A model generated the notes under the pieces. The model was not told the DNA's origin, did no database searches, and saw only the letters and a program-made list of their open reading frames with translations. Shown here one piece after another: positions 1 through 9,713 of a stretch of DNA of 64,000 nucleotides (its first letter is position 1; each line of letters opens with the position of its first letter). This DNA is from an uncultured Candidatus Saccharibacteria bacterium. GTDB lineage: Bacteria > Patescibacteriota > UBA1384 > XYA2-FULL-43-10 > 1-14-0-10-43-13. The position numbers and the translations under genes are program-made. The stretch covers positions 17,192 through 81,191 of the forward strand of contig CAZGWE010000003.1 in assembly GCA_964529405.1 (NCBI GenBank), read 5' to 3'.

Positions 1-1395
1 AATTAAGTCCAGCTTATTGTTTTCTTCATCTTCTATCTTCGTTCGAGGCTCAATCGAGGAGAAGTAGAGATATCGGACACCTTGACTTTCCAGTGTCTGA
101 ATGCTGGGATATTCATACTCCTGCTTTATTTCCTTATAACTACCATAATTGACCCTTGCACCCTTTTCTATCAACCATCTGCCCCAAGCGCTGTTGCTGT
201 AAACCAGGGCATCTTTCGGCTCGATCAATCCGACCACGATATCCATCATCTGCCGGTCGTTTTTGGGCAAGGTGGAACCGGCGGCAAAATCCGTCAGCTG
301 CCATACCGTTAGTCTTTTGGTGATGCCCAGATTAACATTAACGATCATCAAAGCAATTGGGACAAAGATAATAATGGAATACTTTTCAAACGCCAATTTA
401 AGCATCTGGCTCAAGCCGAGAGCCGCCATAATTGCCACGGCGAATTCGAAGTAAAAATAGAAACGGCTGCCAAGAAAGATAATACCAAACCACTGCTTAA
501 AAGCTACCAATAAACTCAATACGGCAAATATTAGAAAAAGCCTTGATTTTTCGCTCTTTAGCCCCTGTTTCATTACAAAGACGGTACCGATGATTGCCAA
601 TAAATAAACTATTGACCGTCTCGGGTCAATGTCAAAGACATATCCTGGTAAAGATCTCTCCCCCTGCGACATTGAAGTCAATTTAAGTATGGTAAAAATT
701 CTCTGGAAAACGTCAGGGAAAAAACGCATCATGAGACCGAAGATAATTATTCCAAAAACACCCAAGCCCAGAGCGGCAATACGTTTTCTCCTGCTACCTG
801 TCGCCAACCAGTAAACCTCATAAATAGCAACCGTTAATCCCAGGATGCCGAACGGTATGGGATGGAAAAAAAGCAAAACTACGGCCAAAGGCAGCAGATA
901 GACCCACTTTTTTTTAATTAGAAGCAGATAGCAAAGTGAAAATATAACCCAACCAAAAGTTTCTGCCATAACGCCCATTCGCAAAGAATCATTAAGCCAC
1001 CGTGATGAAGCGGTCAGAAACATTGCCAGAATTGCTGCTCTATAATCTTTAAAAACCTCAAATGACAGGAGACCGGCTAATATAGCAACTAAAAACATAT
1101 TGAAACAGAGTGTAAATATAAATGTTCTCTCTAGCGAAAAATCAAACAAAAATTGCAGAACCCGATATTCAGCTACATAAGCGGCGGTAGAAAAGGGATA
1201 CAGGGAACTCTTAAAGTAATCGGCGAATCCATTTGTCATCAGACTTTTGGCCATCGAGGTATGGTTAACGACATCGTCTCCAATTGGAAAATCAGCCAAC
1301 CAGTAATATTGGAAAGCGGCATAAAATAAGTAAGCAACAAAAAAGATAAGGAGCAGTAAATAGATCTTCTTAGTCTGGCTAAAAGTGAACGGCAT
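1..1395 (-). CDS. polytopic integral membrane protein, 3' portion (gene runs off the left edge); possibly a GT-C-type glycosyltransferase
   Basis: Minus-strand ATG at 1393-1395 (MPFTFSQTKK...). I read every codon of this frame down to base 1 and found no stop (465 codons). It is absent from the ORF track only because it is truncated by the window edge. The translation is aromatic-rich hydrophobic helices throughout. Confidence 0.5.
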   Translation of the reverse strand, partial: MPFTFSQTKKIYLLLLIFFVAYLFYAAFQYYWLADFPIGDDVVNHTSMAKSLMTNGFADYFKSSLYPFSTAAYVAEYRVLQFLFDFSLERTFIFTLCFNMFLVAILAGLLSFEVFKDYRAAILAMFLTASSRWLNDSLRMGVMAETFGWVIFSLCYLLLIKKKWVYLLPLAVVLLFFHPIPFGILGLTVAIYEVYWLATGSRRKRIAALGLGVFGIIIFGLMMRFFPDVFQRIFTILKLTSMSQGERSLPGYVFDIDPRRSIVYLLAIIGTVFVMKQGLKSEKSRLFLIFAVLSLLVAFKQWFGIIFLGSRFYFYFEFAVAIMAALGLSQMLKLAFEKYSIIIFVPIALMIVNVNLGITKRLTVWQLTDFAAGSTLPKNDRQMMDIVVGLIEPKDALVYSNSAWGRWLIEKGARVNYGSYKEIKQEYEYPSIQTLESQGVRYLYFSSIEPRTKIEDEENNKLDLI

Positions 1396-1523
1396 ATTTC
1401 CCTCAAATAATAATAGTATTATAGCATTTCCTAAAGTTTATGAAAATCCCCGAACTCCAATAGGTTGACGACAGAAACACTTTTCTCTATATTTGGAAAA
1501 GACTAATCGATTGGGAGCACTCT

Positions 1524-2522
1524 ATGCTTAACGGTAAAACGATTTTAATCACCGGCGGTACCGGTTCTTTCGGTAAAAAATTTACCGAAAGAATCTTTGC
1601 CGAATATAAACCGAAAAAGATCATCATTTACTCCAGGGACGAGTATAAGCAGTACATAATGCGGCGCCAGTACGCCAAGTATGATGAGCGGTTGCGCTTT
1701 TTCATCGGCGATGTCCGGGACAAAGAAAGGCTTTGGCGGGCGCTCAACGGCGTTGACATTGTTATCCATGCCGCAGCGCTTAAACACGTGCCGGTGGCGG
1801 AGTATAATCCGCTCGAAGCAATTAAAACCAATATCCATGGCGCCGAGAATGTTATTGATGCCGCTCTGGATCGCAACGTCAAAAGGGTCGTTGCTCTCTC
1901 AACAGATAAGGCAGTTAATCCGATCAATCTTTATGGCGCCACCAAGCTGGTCTCCGATAAACTTTTTGTCTCGGCTAATGCTTACTCCGGCCGGAATGGC
2001 ACAGTCTTTTCAGTTGTCCGTTACGGCAATGTCGCCGGCAGCCGCGGTTCGGTTATTCCCTACTTTAAATCATTGATTGAGGCCGGCGAAAAAGTTATTC
2101 CCATTACCGATTTTAGGATGACCAGATTTTTAATTACTCTAAACCAGGGCGTTGATCTGGTTTTCCGGGCTTTAAGCGAAGCCAAGGGCGGCGAAATTTA
2201 TGTCGCTAAAATTCCCTCGATTAAAGTAGTAGATTTGGCCCGGGCCATGCATGAACAGGTCGAATTGAAAGAAATCGGTATCAGGGAAGGTGAAAAACTG
2301 CACGAAGTTATGATCACGGAAGAGGATTCCCGCTCCACCCACGACTATGGCGACCACTTTATTATCTACCCCAACCTGGATTGGTGGAAACCGGAAGCTC
2401 GCTGCAAGCCCGGCAGCCAAAAAGTTAAGGATGGTTTCCGCTACTCCTCCGATCTCAACGACCATTGGCTCGGCGTTGGTGGAATAGCCGAGTTCTTAAG
2501 AACCATTGAAATAGTCTATTGA
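1524..2522 (+). CDS. pseB: UDP-N-acetylglucosamine 4,6-dehydratase (inverting), PseB/FlaA1/CapD-like short-chain dehydratase
   Basis: N-terminal ILITGGTGSFGK Rossmann motif, ~330 aa, and the YGATK catalytic motif, typical of PseB/CapD-type polysaccharide biosynthesis dehydratases. The RBS-like GGGAGC lies upstream. Confidence 0.75.
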   Translation: MLNGKTILITGGTGSFGKKFTERIFAEYKPKKIIIYSRDEYKQYIMRRQYAKYDERLRFFIGDVRDKERLWRALNGVDIVIHAAALKHVPVAEYNPLEAIKTNIHGAENVIDAALDRNVKRVVALSTDKAVNPINLYGATKLVSDKLFVSANAYSGRNGTVFSVVRYGNVAGSRGSVIPYFKSLIEAGEKVIPITDFRMTRFLITLNQGVDLVFRALSEAKGGEIYVAKIPSIKVVDLARAMHEQVELKEIGIREGEKLHEVMITEEDSRSTHDYGDHFIIYPNLDWWKPEARCKPGSQKVKDGFRYSSDLNDHWLGVGGIAEFLRTIEIVY

Positions 2523-2531
2523 GGCATCGTT

Positions 2532-3692
2532 ATGTCTAATCTTATCCCTTATGGGAGACAGTGGATTGACCAGGACGATATTCAAGCCGTCACCACAGTT
2601 TTAAAAAGTGATTATCTGACCCAAGGTCCCAAAGTCGAAGAATTTGAAAAAGCTCTTTGCGACTACACGGGGGCAAAATTTTGCCTTGCTCTTTCTAACG
2701 GCACGGCCGCGCTGCATTTGGCTGTCGCTGCCATGAAGATCGAGAAAAGCATGGAGGGAATTACCTCGCCCATCACCTTCGCCGCCTCCGCCAACTGCCT
2801 GCTCTATAACGGTCTAAAACCGGTTTTTGCCGATATTGATCCTAAAACCTATACGATTAGCCCGGATGAAATTAAAAAGAAGATTACCGCAAAAACCAAG
2901 GTGATAATTCCGGTCGATTTTGCCGGCCAACCAGCCGAGATGGAACAGATCTCCAAGATTGCCAGAGAAAAGGATATCTGTGTCGTTGAAGATGCCGCCC
3001 ACGCCATTGGCTCGCGGTATAATGACGGAAATCATGTCGGTTCGTGTAAATATTCCGATATGACTATTTTTTCCTTCCATCCGGTTAAGACAATCACCAC
3101 CGGCGAGGGTGGAGCAATTACAACTAACAATAGAGAGCTATACAAACATTTGCTATTGTTACGTTCCCACGGTATTACTAAAGATCAGGCTAAACTTGAG
3201 CAAAATCCCGGCCCATGGTATTACGAAATGCAAACGCTCGGTTTTAACTATCGCCTAACCGACATCCAAGCCGCCCTGGGCATCAGCCAATTAAAAAGAC
3301 TTGATAAGTTTGTTGAAAAACGGCGGGAAATTATCCGAAAATACAACAAGGCTTTCAAAGACCTGCCCGATATGGTTGTCCCTTATGAAAAAGATGGCGT
3401 CTTCTCTGCTTTCCATCTCTATGTTTTGCAAATTGATTTTAAAAAAATCGGCACAAGCCGCGAAGAGATAATGGCCAAATTAAGAGAAAAAAATATCGGC
3501 ACGCAGGTTCACTATATCCCCGTTCACCTACAGCCATATTACAGAAACAACTTTGGCTACAAACCAGGCGATTATCCGATTGCTGAACAATATTATGAAA
3601 AAGCAATCAGCCTGCCGCTCTATCCAAAAATGTCTGACTCCGATGTCAAATACGTTATAGAAAATTTCAAACGCGTCTTAGGTGGAAAGTAA
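2532..3692 (+). CDS. pseC: DegT/DnrJ/EryC1-family PLP-dependent sugar aminotransferase (PseC-like)
   Basis: 386 aa. The N-terminus (IPYGRQWIDQDD...) and overall length fit UDP-4-keto-6-deoxy-sugar aminotransferases. It lies immediately downstream of the pseB-like gene with a 9-nt spacer. Confidence 0.75.
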   Translation: MSNLIPYGRQWIDQDDIQAVTTVLKSDYLTQGPKVEEFEKALCDYTGAKFCLALSNGTAALHLAVAAMKIEKSMEGITSPITFAASANCLLYNGLKPVFADIDPKTYTISPDEIKKKITAKTKVIIPVDFAGQPAEMEQISKIAREKDICVVEDAAHAIGSRYNDGNHVGSCKYSDMTIFSFHPVKTITTGEGGAITTNNRELYKHLLLLRSHGITKDQAKLEQNPGPWYYEMQTLGFNYRLTDIQAALGISQLKRLDKFVEKRREIIRKYNKAFKDLPDMVVPYEKDGVFSAFHLYVLQIDFKKIGTSREEIMAKLREKNIGTQVHYIPVHLQPYYRNNFGYKPGDYPIAEQYYEKAISLPLYPKMSDSDVKYVIENFKRVLGGK

Positions 3693-3717
3693 GGCATTAT
3701 CGCTTTAATAAAGGAAA

Positions 3718-4158
3718 GTGATGCCAACAATTTTTATCGGTGCCGACCATGGTGGCTATAAAATTAAAAAACAAGTCAAGCTGTGGCTAAACCAAAAGCT
3801 TATCCCGTTCAATGACCTCGGCGCTGATTCAGAAGATAGCTGCGACTATCCTATATTTGCCCAAAAGGTAGGGCGCGCGGTTGTTGAGAATCAGGGCAAG
3901 GGTATTTTGATCTGCCGAAGCGGCCAAGGCATGTCAATCGCCGCCAACAAGATTAAGGGAATTCGAGCATGCCTTGCTTGGAATCCGGAGGTCGCAATAA
4001 AATCCAGGGAGCACAATGATGCCAATGTTCTATGCTTGCCAGCCGACTATATTAGCAACGACGATAGCGTTAGTATTGTAAAGGCATGGCTTTCTACTCC
4101 ATTTTCTGATGAAATAAGACATATAAAGAGAATCCGGATGTTAGATGAAATAAATTAA
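3718..4158 (+). CDS. RpiB/LacA/LacB-family sugar-phosphate isomerase
   Basis: 146 aa; IGADHGGYKIK N-terminus and ICRSGQGMSIAANK motif characteristic of ribose-5-phosphate isomerase B family. Confidence 0.6.
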   Translation: MMPTIFIGADHGGYKIKKQVKLWLNQKLIPFNDLGADSEDSCDYPIFAQKVGRAVVENQGKGILICRSGQGMSIAANKIKGIRACLAWNPEVAIKSREHNDANVLCLPADYISNDDSVSIVKAWLSTPFSDEIRHIKRIRMLDEIN

Positions 4159-4203
4159 TTCAACTTTTTCTGACAAGCTCGTAAGCCCTGATCAAAAACA
4201 AAG

Positions 4204-5520
4204 ATGTTAAATTTAAAACAAAACGGCATTTTCTTTGCCCAAAAAAGCCATCAACGTTTTTTTGGACCGGCGATCGATCCGGAGATGAGATTGTTTTTGG
4301 TTAATCTTTTTTGGTCTTTTTTGGGCGGCGGCATTGCTTCAGCCGGCTTGCTTTTGGTTAATATTTTAGCCGGTCGCTACATGGGGCCGAGCGAATACGG
4401 TAAGTATAATCTGGTCTTCGTTTTAAGCCAGTTCTTTATCTTATTCGTTTTCTGGGGTTTGGATATTGCCAGTATTAAAGCGATCGCTGCGAGTAAAACC
4501 AGAGCCGAGAAGGGCAAAAATTTATCCAGTGCCTCTGTCTTTTTGGTCTTAACGCTTGGACTTCTTAGTTTGATCGCTTTTCTTGTTTATAAACCGGCGG
4601 CACAATACTTTGCCCTCGATCAGTCGCTTCTCTTCATTTTGCTCATTCTTTCAATCCCGTTGACTCTTAAAGCCATGTTCGATGGCTTTATTCGCGGCCT
4701 AAGACTATTCAAAGTCCAATTTGTCGCCAAAACTCTCGAGTGTTTTACCATCATCGCTCTCTTTGTTTTAATCTTTGTCGTTCTTGATAAAAGAACTTAC
4801 GAATTTTATATCTACGTGCTGATTGCCGGAGCTTTAGTCTCTGCTCTGATTAATTTCTCTAAAGTTAAAAAATACTTCGACGGCTTTGACAAAAAATGTT
4901 TGCAAGACCAGCTATCCCATGGTAAGTTTTACTTTATTGCTACCATTATCGGCACGCTCTTCACTTCACTTGATCGATTATTAGTTGCCAAATATTTAAG
5001 CTACTACGAGCTTGGCATCTATGGTGCCTATTATACTGCTTCTGTCACGCTCACCTACCAGCTAACCCAAATGTTTATCAATGTCTTCTTGCCCTCCATC
5101 GCTCATTTGGAAAACAAAACTTTTGTTAGAAAGATTGATAATATCTTTACTAGAGCCATAATCCCTATTTACTTGACTGTTTTAGTCCTTGTTTTTGTGG
5201 CGGTAAAACTGTTTGGCGCCAGGTTTGGCCTTATCTGGGGTTATGTGTTTGGTTTTAGCCTGCTCGCCACGCTTCAGCTAATACAGGGAATCTATAATAC
5301 AATTGTCCTAACACTGTCCAAAGATTTGTACAAACGATCATTGTTATTAGTAAACATCAGCAATGTCATAATTTTTTCTACTTATATTCCCCTTGTTTAC
5401 TTTAAGCTGATCTCCATCTCTTGGATTTTGGGCATTTTAATCTTAAGCATTACCTCCGCGATAACAATCCAGCGAACCTTTATTGGCATTTCAATCAACA
5501 GGTTTAACCAAAAAACCTGA
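4204..5520 (+). CDS. polysaccharide/oligosaccharide flippase (Wzx-like, MOP superfamily)
   Basis: 438 aa with ~12 predicted hydrophobic helices and no soluble domain; positioned inside a glycan biosynthesis cluster. Confidence 0.55.
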   Translation: MLNLKQNGIFFAQKSHQRFFGPAIDPEMRLFLVNLFWSFLGGGIASAGLLLVNILAGRYMGPSEYGKYNLVFVLSQFFILFVFWGLDIASIKAIAASKTRAEKGKNLSSASVFLVLTLGLLSLIAFLVYKPAAQYFALDQSLLFILLILSIPLTLKAMFDGFIRGLRLFKVQFVAKTLECFTIIALFVLIFVVLDKRTYEFYIYVLIAGALVSALINFSKVKKYFDGFDKKCLQDQLSHGKFYFIATIIGTLFTSLDRLLVAKYLSYYELGIYGAYYTASVTLTYQLTQMFINVFLPSIAHLENKTFVRKIDNIFTRAIIPIYLTVLVLVFVAVKLFGARFGLIWGYVFGFSLLATLQLIQGIYNTIVLTLSKDLYKRSLLLVNISNVIIFSTYIPLVYFKLISISWILGILILSITSAITIQRTFIGISINRFNQKT

Positions 5521-5549
5521 AACATTTGGACTTATCGTTCGCTCTCTAC

Positions 5550-6095
5550 TGAACCCACTCTATCGGCTGCAAGCCGATAGGTTCAGCACAGCGCTAAAGC
5601 ACCCTTGCTAATTGGCGTCGAGAATTGTAAAGGAATCACCGCGTTTGTCAGCATCTTCATCTTGATTCTCGATGTATTCCATGATCATTTCATCAGTAAT
5701 GTTTCCGGAGGATACGGCGCAGTAGCCTCTTCCCCACAGATGCTGTCCCCAAAACTGTTTGTTTAATTGAGGGAATTCCTGCAGTAGCTTTCTTGATGTT
5801 TTACCCTTGATATATTGTGAGATTTTGGAGATAGATATTTGCGGGGGATAAGAGATAAAGATGTGGATGTGATCCTTGCTTATATGACCGCGGATTATTT
5901 CAATGTTATGAGCGTCGCAGACTTCACGGATTAAATCCCTGACCCTGATGCCCACCTTATTGGTTAATATTGGTTTACGATATTTGGTCGCCCATATCAG
6001 ATGACACTTTATGTCAAATTGTGTATGAGAACCATTGCGATATATTTGCATAGCCAGAGTATACCATCTTGAAAGGATCGGCTAAAGCCGAGGGG
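5550..6095 (-). mobile_element. IS200-type (tnpA-only) insertion sequence with matching subterminal hairpins
   Basis: Imperfect palindrome TGAACC-CACT-CTATCGGCT-GCA-AGCCGATAG-GTTCA at 5550-5587 and a related hairpin GGATCGGCTAAAGCCGAGG at about 6074-6092 share the ATCGGCT/AGCCGA stem. They flank tnpA as expected for IS200/IS605 LE/RE. No tnpB is present. Confidence 0.6.
5608..6051 (-). CDS. tnpA: IS200/IS605-family transposase TnpA (Y1 HUH transposase)
   Basis: 147 aa; HIHIFISYPPQ HuH motif, KYRKPIL, and catalytic-Tyr-region SQYIKGKTSRKLL, typical of IS200 TnpA. Confidence 0.85.
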   Translation of the reverse strand: MQIYRNGSHTQFDIKCHLIWATKYRKPILTNKVGIRVRDLIREVCDAHNIEIIRGHISKDHIHIFISYPPQISISKISQYIKGKTSRKLLQEFPQLNKQFWGQHLWGRGYCAVSSGNITDEMIMEYIENQDEDADKRGDSFTILDAN

Positions 6096-6162
6096 TTTGT
6101 TCCCAAAGATTTGAAACCAACCATCACAGGTCGGTTCCAGCCCCTCTTTTATTTGGATTTTC

Positions 6163-7056
6163 TTGACAGCTAAAGGCCTTATCCGATTAAATGGTTCTAT
6201 GAACAAACTAGCCTTAGGCACGGTTCAATTTGGACTCGATTACGGCATCAACAACAAAGTCGGAAAAGTACCCGAGAGCGAGGTCTTTGCTATTTTGGAT
6301 TATGCCAAAAAAATTGGTATTAATACTTTGGATACTGCCTCGAGCTATGGCGAAAGCGAGAAAGTCCTTGGACAATACTTTGTCAAGAGAGGATCTGATA
6401 ATTTACAGATTGTCTCCAAATTCGCTGAAGCAGCGAATGTCTTATCTGACATTAAAACATCACTGCAAAACTTGAAGACAAACAGGCTTTACGCTTACCT
6501 GCTTCATCACTTTGAATCTCTGAAGCAACAACCCGACCTTTACAAAGAAATGGTTAAATTAAGAGAAGAAGGTTTAACGCAAAAGATTGGCTTCTCTCTC
6601 TATTATCCCCATGAACTACAATATTTACTGGATCGCTCCATCCCCTTTGATCTTGTTCAAGTGCCCTATAACATTTTCGATCAACGTTTCCTGCCCTACT
6701 TTGCCAAACTAAAAAAGGAAGGCAAAGAGATTCATGTCCGTTCAGCCTTTCTACAGGGATTAATTTTTAAAAATCCAAGCGATATACCCCCCTATCTGCA
6801 AGACATGAAGAAAAAACTTGAAAAACTACACCAACTTTCCTTGGAAAGTGAAATTCCTTTAGCAGCCATGGCTCTTAACTTCTGTACTAGCAACCCCTAT
6901 ATCGGCAAGGTAGTCATTGGCGTTGACAGCCTCAAGAATTTGCAGGATAATTTCTCTGATCTATCCCACCAGCAAGCCGTCGTCAACCTCATATCCGAAC
7001 TATTAGGACTTAGAGAAGATAATGAAGAACTAATTTTGCCAATCAACTGGAAATAG
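6163..7056 (+). CDS. aldo/keto reductase family oxidoreductase
   Basis: LALGTVQFGLDYG ... DTASSYGESE motifs of AKR superfamily; start uncertain (ATG 6163 or 6199). Confidence 0.7.
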   Translation: MTAKGLIRLNGSMNKLALGTVQFGLDYGINNKVGKVPESEVFAILDYAKKIGINTLDTASSYGESEKVLGQYFVKRGSDNLQIVSKFAEAANVLSDIKTSLQNLKTNRLYAYLLHHFESLKQQPDLYKEMVKLREEGLTQKIGFSLYYPHELQYLLDRSIPFDLVQVPYNIFDQRFLPYFAKLKKEGKEIHVRSAFLQGLIFKNPSDIPPYLQDMKKKLEKLHQLSLESEIPLAAMALNFCTSNPYIGKVVIGVDSLKNLQDNFSDLSHQQAVVNLISELLGLREDNEELILPINWK

Positions 7057-7072
7057 TCTTTGGATCTAAACT

Positions 7073-9157
7073 ATGGATATTATTGCAATTATTCAAGCCA
7101 GAGTCGGTTCGACCCGCTTACCTAATAAAGTTCTTTTACCATTGGGTGGCAAAACTGTACTCGAGCAGGTTGCGAGCCGAGTCGGCAGAAGCAAGCTTAT
7201 CAACAAGGTAATGGTCGCCACGACTACAAATAGTGACGATGACGCTATTGTTGAAATATTAGAAAAAGCTGGAATAGAGAGTTTCCGCGGCTCTGAAAAT
7301 GACCTTCTTGACCGCTATTACCAAGCAGCCAAACTTCATAAGCCAAAACATATAGTTAGAATCACGGCCGACTGTCCTCTAATTGATTCCGACGTCATTG
7401 ATGCAGTGATCAGTCTTCATCTTAAGGACAAAAATGATTATACTGCAAGCGCTTTCGTTGAAACCTTTCCGGATGGTCTTGATGTTGATGTAATGACCTT
7501 TAAGGCTCTTGAGGAAAGCTGGAAAAATGCCACCATTCCCTATCAAAGAGAGCACGTCACTCAATTCATCGCCAAAAATCCCCATCGGTTCAAAATAGGC
7601 AATCACTATCATACCGAGAACCTGTCTGATAAGCGATGGTGCATGGACGAACCCAATGATTATGCTTTCGTCGAGGCTGTTTACAGCGCGCTTGGGGCCG
7701 AGCGGGACTATTTCGGAATGGAAGATGTTTTGCGCTTCTTGTCGGCTAATCCAGATGTAGAAAAAATCAATCAAAACATCATCCGGAACGCCGGCATCTT
7801 AAAATCGACTGGCGCCGAGGCTGATTTGTTATTAGAAAGGAAAACGATGAGAACCGGACAAAATCTCTACAAGCGCGCCAAGGGCATTATTCCCGCCGGC
7901 ACGCAAATTCTTTCCAAGCGGCCGGAGCTGCACCTGCCAGGAGGCTGGCCCTCCTACTACAAGAAGGCCAAAGGCTGCGAAATCTGGGATATGGATGGCA
8001 AAAAATATGTTGATATGAGCTATATGGGTATTGGCGCCTGCGCTATCGGTTACGCCGACCCCGATATTGATAAAGCCGTTAAAAAAACTATCGACAACGG
8101 TATTGCCGCTACATTTAATTCACCAAAGGAACTCGAGCTGGCCGATATGCTTTTGGAGCTGCACCCATGGGCAGATATGGTTCGTTATGCTTGCGGCGGC
8201 GGCGAGATTATGGCTATTGCCATCAGAATTGCCCGGGCCAAATCCGGCAAGGACAAGGTGTTGTTTTGCGGCTATCACGGCTGGCACGATTGGTACTTAA
8301 GCTCCAACCTTGCTGACGATAAGGCGCTTGACGGCCACCTCTTACCCGGTCTGAAACCGCTCGGCGTACCACGCGCCTTAAAGGGTACGGCCATGCCATT
8401 TATGTACAACGATACCGAAGCTTTCTTGAAGTTAGCCAAGAAGCACAAAGGTGAAATCGGTGCTGTTGTCATTGAAGGTATGAGGAGTTATGAACCAGTA
8501 AAGGGTTTTTTGGAAACTATCAGAAAAGTAACCAAAGAGGAAAAAATTCCATTTATTATTGATGAAGTCTCATCAGGTTTTCGCTTGACCACCGGCGGCG
8601 CTCATATAAAGCTGGGCATTAAGCCAGATATGGCAGCCTTCGCTAAAGCTCTGGGTAACGGCTATCCAATTGCCGCCGTTATTGGCAAAAAAGAGGTCAT
8701 GGATGTGGTTGAGGACTGTTTTATTAGCTCAACCAACTGGTCAAATAATGTTGGCTTTGCTGCTGCTATCGCATCCTTGAAAAAGATGAAGGAGAAGCAC
8801 GTTGTCGACCATTTAATTAAGATGGGTAAAAAGGTGCAAGACGGCTGGGCAAAGATGGCTAAAAAAAACGGAGTTAATATTCACCTCTCCGGATTCTATG
8901 CCATTGGCCACTTTGATTTTGAATATGAAAATCCGCTAGTCTTAAAAACCCTCTTTACTCAAGAGATGTTAAAGCGAGGTTTCCTGGCAACCAACGCCTA
9001 CTACGCTTCGTATGCCCACAAAACCAAGCACATTAAAGCGTATTTAGAAAAGTGCGACGAGGTCTTTGCCATTGTTGCTGAAGCTATCAAATCAGGCAAG
9101 CCGGAAAGTTATTTAGAAGGGAATATCTGCCATGCCGGATTTAGAAGACTCACCTAG
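7073..9157 (+). CDS. bifunctional fusion: N-terminal acylneuraminate/CMP-sugar cytidylyltransferase-like (SpsF/PseF-like) domain + C-terminal class-III aminotransferase (glutamate-1-semialdehyde aminomutase-like)
   Basis: The N-terminus IIQARVGSTRLPNKVL ... ITADCPLID matches the CTP_transf_3 family. The C-terminal half (GWPSYYKKAKGCEIWDMDGKKYVDM ... GYHGWHDWY ... DEVSSGFR) matches HemL-like class-III PLP enzymes. Confidence 0.65.
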   Translation: MDIIAIIQARVGSTRLPNKVLLPLGGKTVLEQVASRVGRSKLINKVMVATTTNSDDDAIVEILEKAGIESFRGSENDLLDRYYQAAKLHKPKHIVRITADCPLIDSDVIDAVISLHLKDKNDYTASAFVETFPDGLDVDVMTFKALEESWKNATIPYQREHVTQFIAKNPHRFKIGNHYHTENLSDKRWCMDEPNDYAFVEAVYSALGAERDYFGMEDVLRFLSANPDVEKINQNIIRNAGILKSTGAEADLLLERKTMRTGQNLYKRAKGIIPAGTQILSKRPELHLPGGWPSYYKKAKGCEIWDMDGKKYVDMSYMGIGACAIGYADPDIDKAVKKTIDNGIAATFNSPKELELADMLLELHPWADMVRYACGGGEIMAIAIRIARAKSGKDKVLFCGYHGWHDWYLSSNLADDKALDGHLLPGLKPLGVPRALKGTAMPFMYNDTEAFLKLAKKHKGEIGAVVIEGMRSYEPVKGFLETIRKVTKEEKIPFIIDEVSSGFRLTTGGAHIKLGIKPDMAAFAKALGNGYPIAAVIGKKEVMDVVEDCFISSTNWSNNVGFAAAIASLKKMKEKHVVDHLIKMGKKVQDGWAKMAKKNGVNIHLSGFYAIGHFDFEYENPLVLKTLFTQEMLKRGFLATNAYYASYAHKTKHIKAYLEKCDEVFAIVAEAIKSGKPESYLEGNICHAGFRRLT

Positions 9158-9698
9158 CCAAATTAAAACCAAACTTAAGGCCGAATTTAAGACTGTTGGC
9201 ACTCGCCCAAAATCACCTCTCGAATCCTTTGACGGGATCGTTGTTCTGTCTGCCGAAGAGACAGATATCTCCGGCGAAAATAAGGAACGTCTTTTAGCCG
9301 GTCTTAACCTTATGGTCAAGATAAAAACGGGCGGCAATTTTATTTTCCTTGGCACCAAAATCCACAACGCCGGCGCAGAGAATTATATCTTGCAAAACCA
9401 CCCCGATATTGAGGCAAACTTTCCCGCTAAACGGAAAGAGGCCTCAACCAGAACGCAGATAAAGGACCTTTCAGCCTTTCTGCATAAAAAACCTCTCTCA
9501 AAGCTTTTGATAGTCTCGCAAGCCTATCACATACCGCGCATTGACCGTTACTGCCAAAGATATATGCCGGATCAATTATATGATGTCTCTCCGGTCGGCG
9601 ATATTAAATCATACGCCAAACAAGTTGAAGTCGAAATTAATAAGATCATCAAATACGCCGGCCAGGGGGACCTGGATCTTTTTCTAACGCACAATTAA
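9132..9698 (+). CDS. DUF218 (YdcF/SanA-like) domain protein
   Basis: 188 aa; IVVLSAEE ... SQAYHIPR resembles the DUF218 signature (xYHMxRA). Overlaps upstream gene by 26 nt. Confidence 0.35.
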   Translation: MPDLEDSPSQIKTKLKAEFKTVGTRPKSPLESFDGIVVLSAEETDISGENKERLLAGLNLMVKIKTGGNFIFLGTKIHNAGAENYILQNHPDIEANFPAKRKEASTRTQIKDLSAFLHKKPLSKLLIVSQAYHIPRIDRYCQRYMPDQLYDVSPVGDIKSYAKQVEVEINKIIKYAGQGDLDLFLTHN

Positions 9699-9713
9699 CT
9701 TGGAACGCAGCTT

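Noticed and set aside
1545-2465. Antisense ORFs (1545-1838, 1628-1927, 2172-2465) and overlapping + frame ORF (1681-2076) inside pseB-like gene
   Set aside because: They lie within a gene with strong dehydratase motifs. Their translations are low complexity with no motifs.
6009-6221. 70-aa minus-strand ORF overlapping the tnpA 5' end and the IS terminal hairpin
   Set aside because: Overlaps the real tnpA start and the IS end/promoter region; no motifs; likely spurious.
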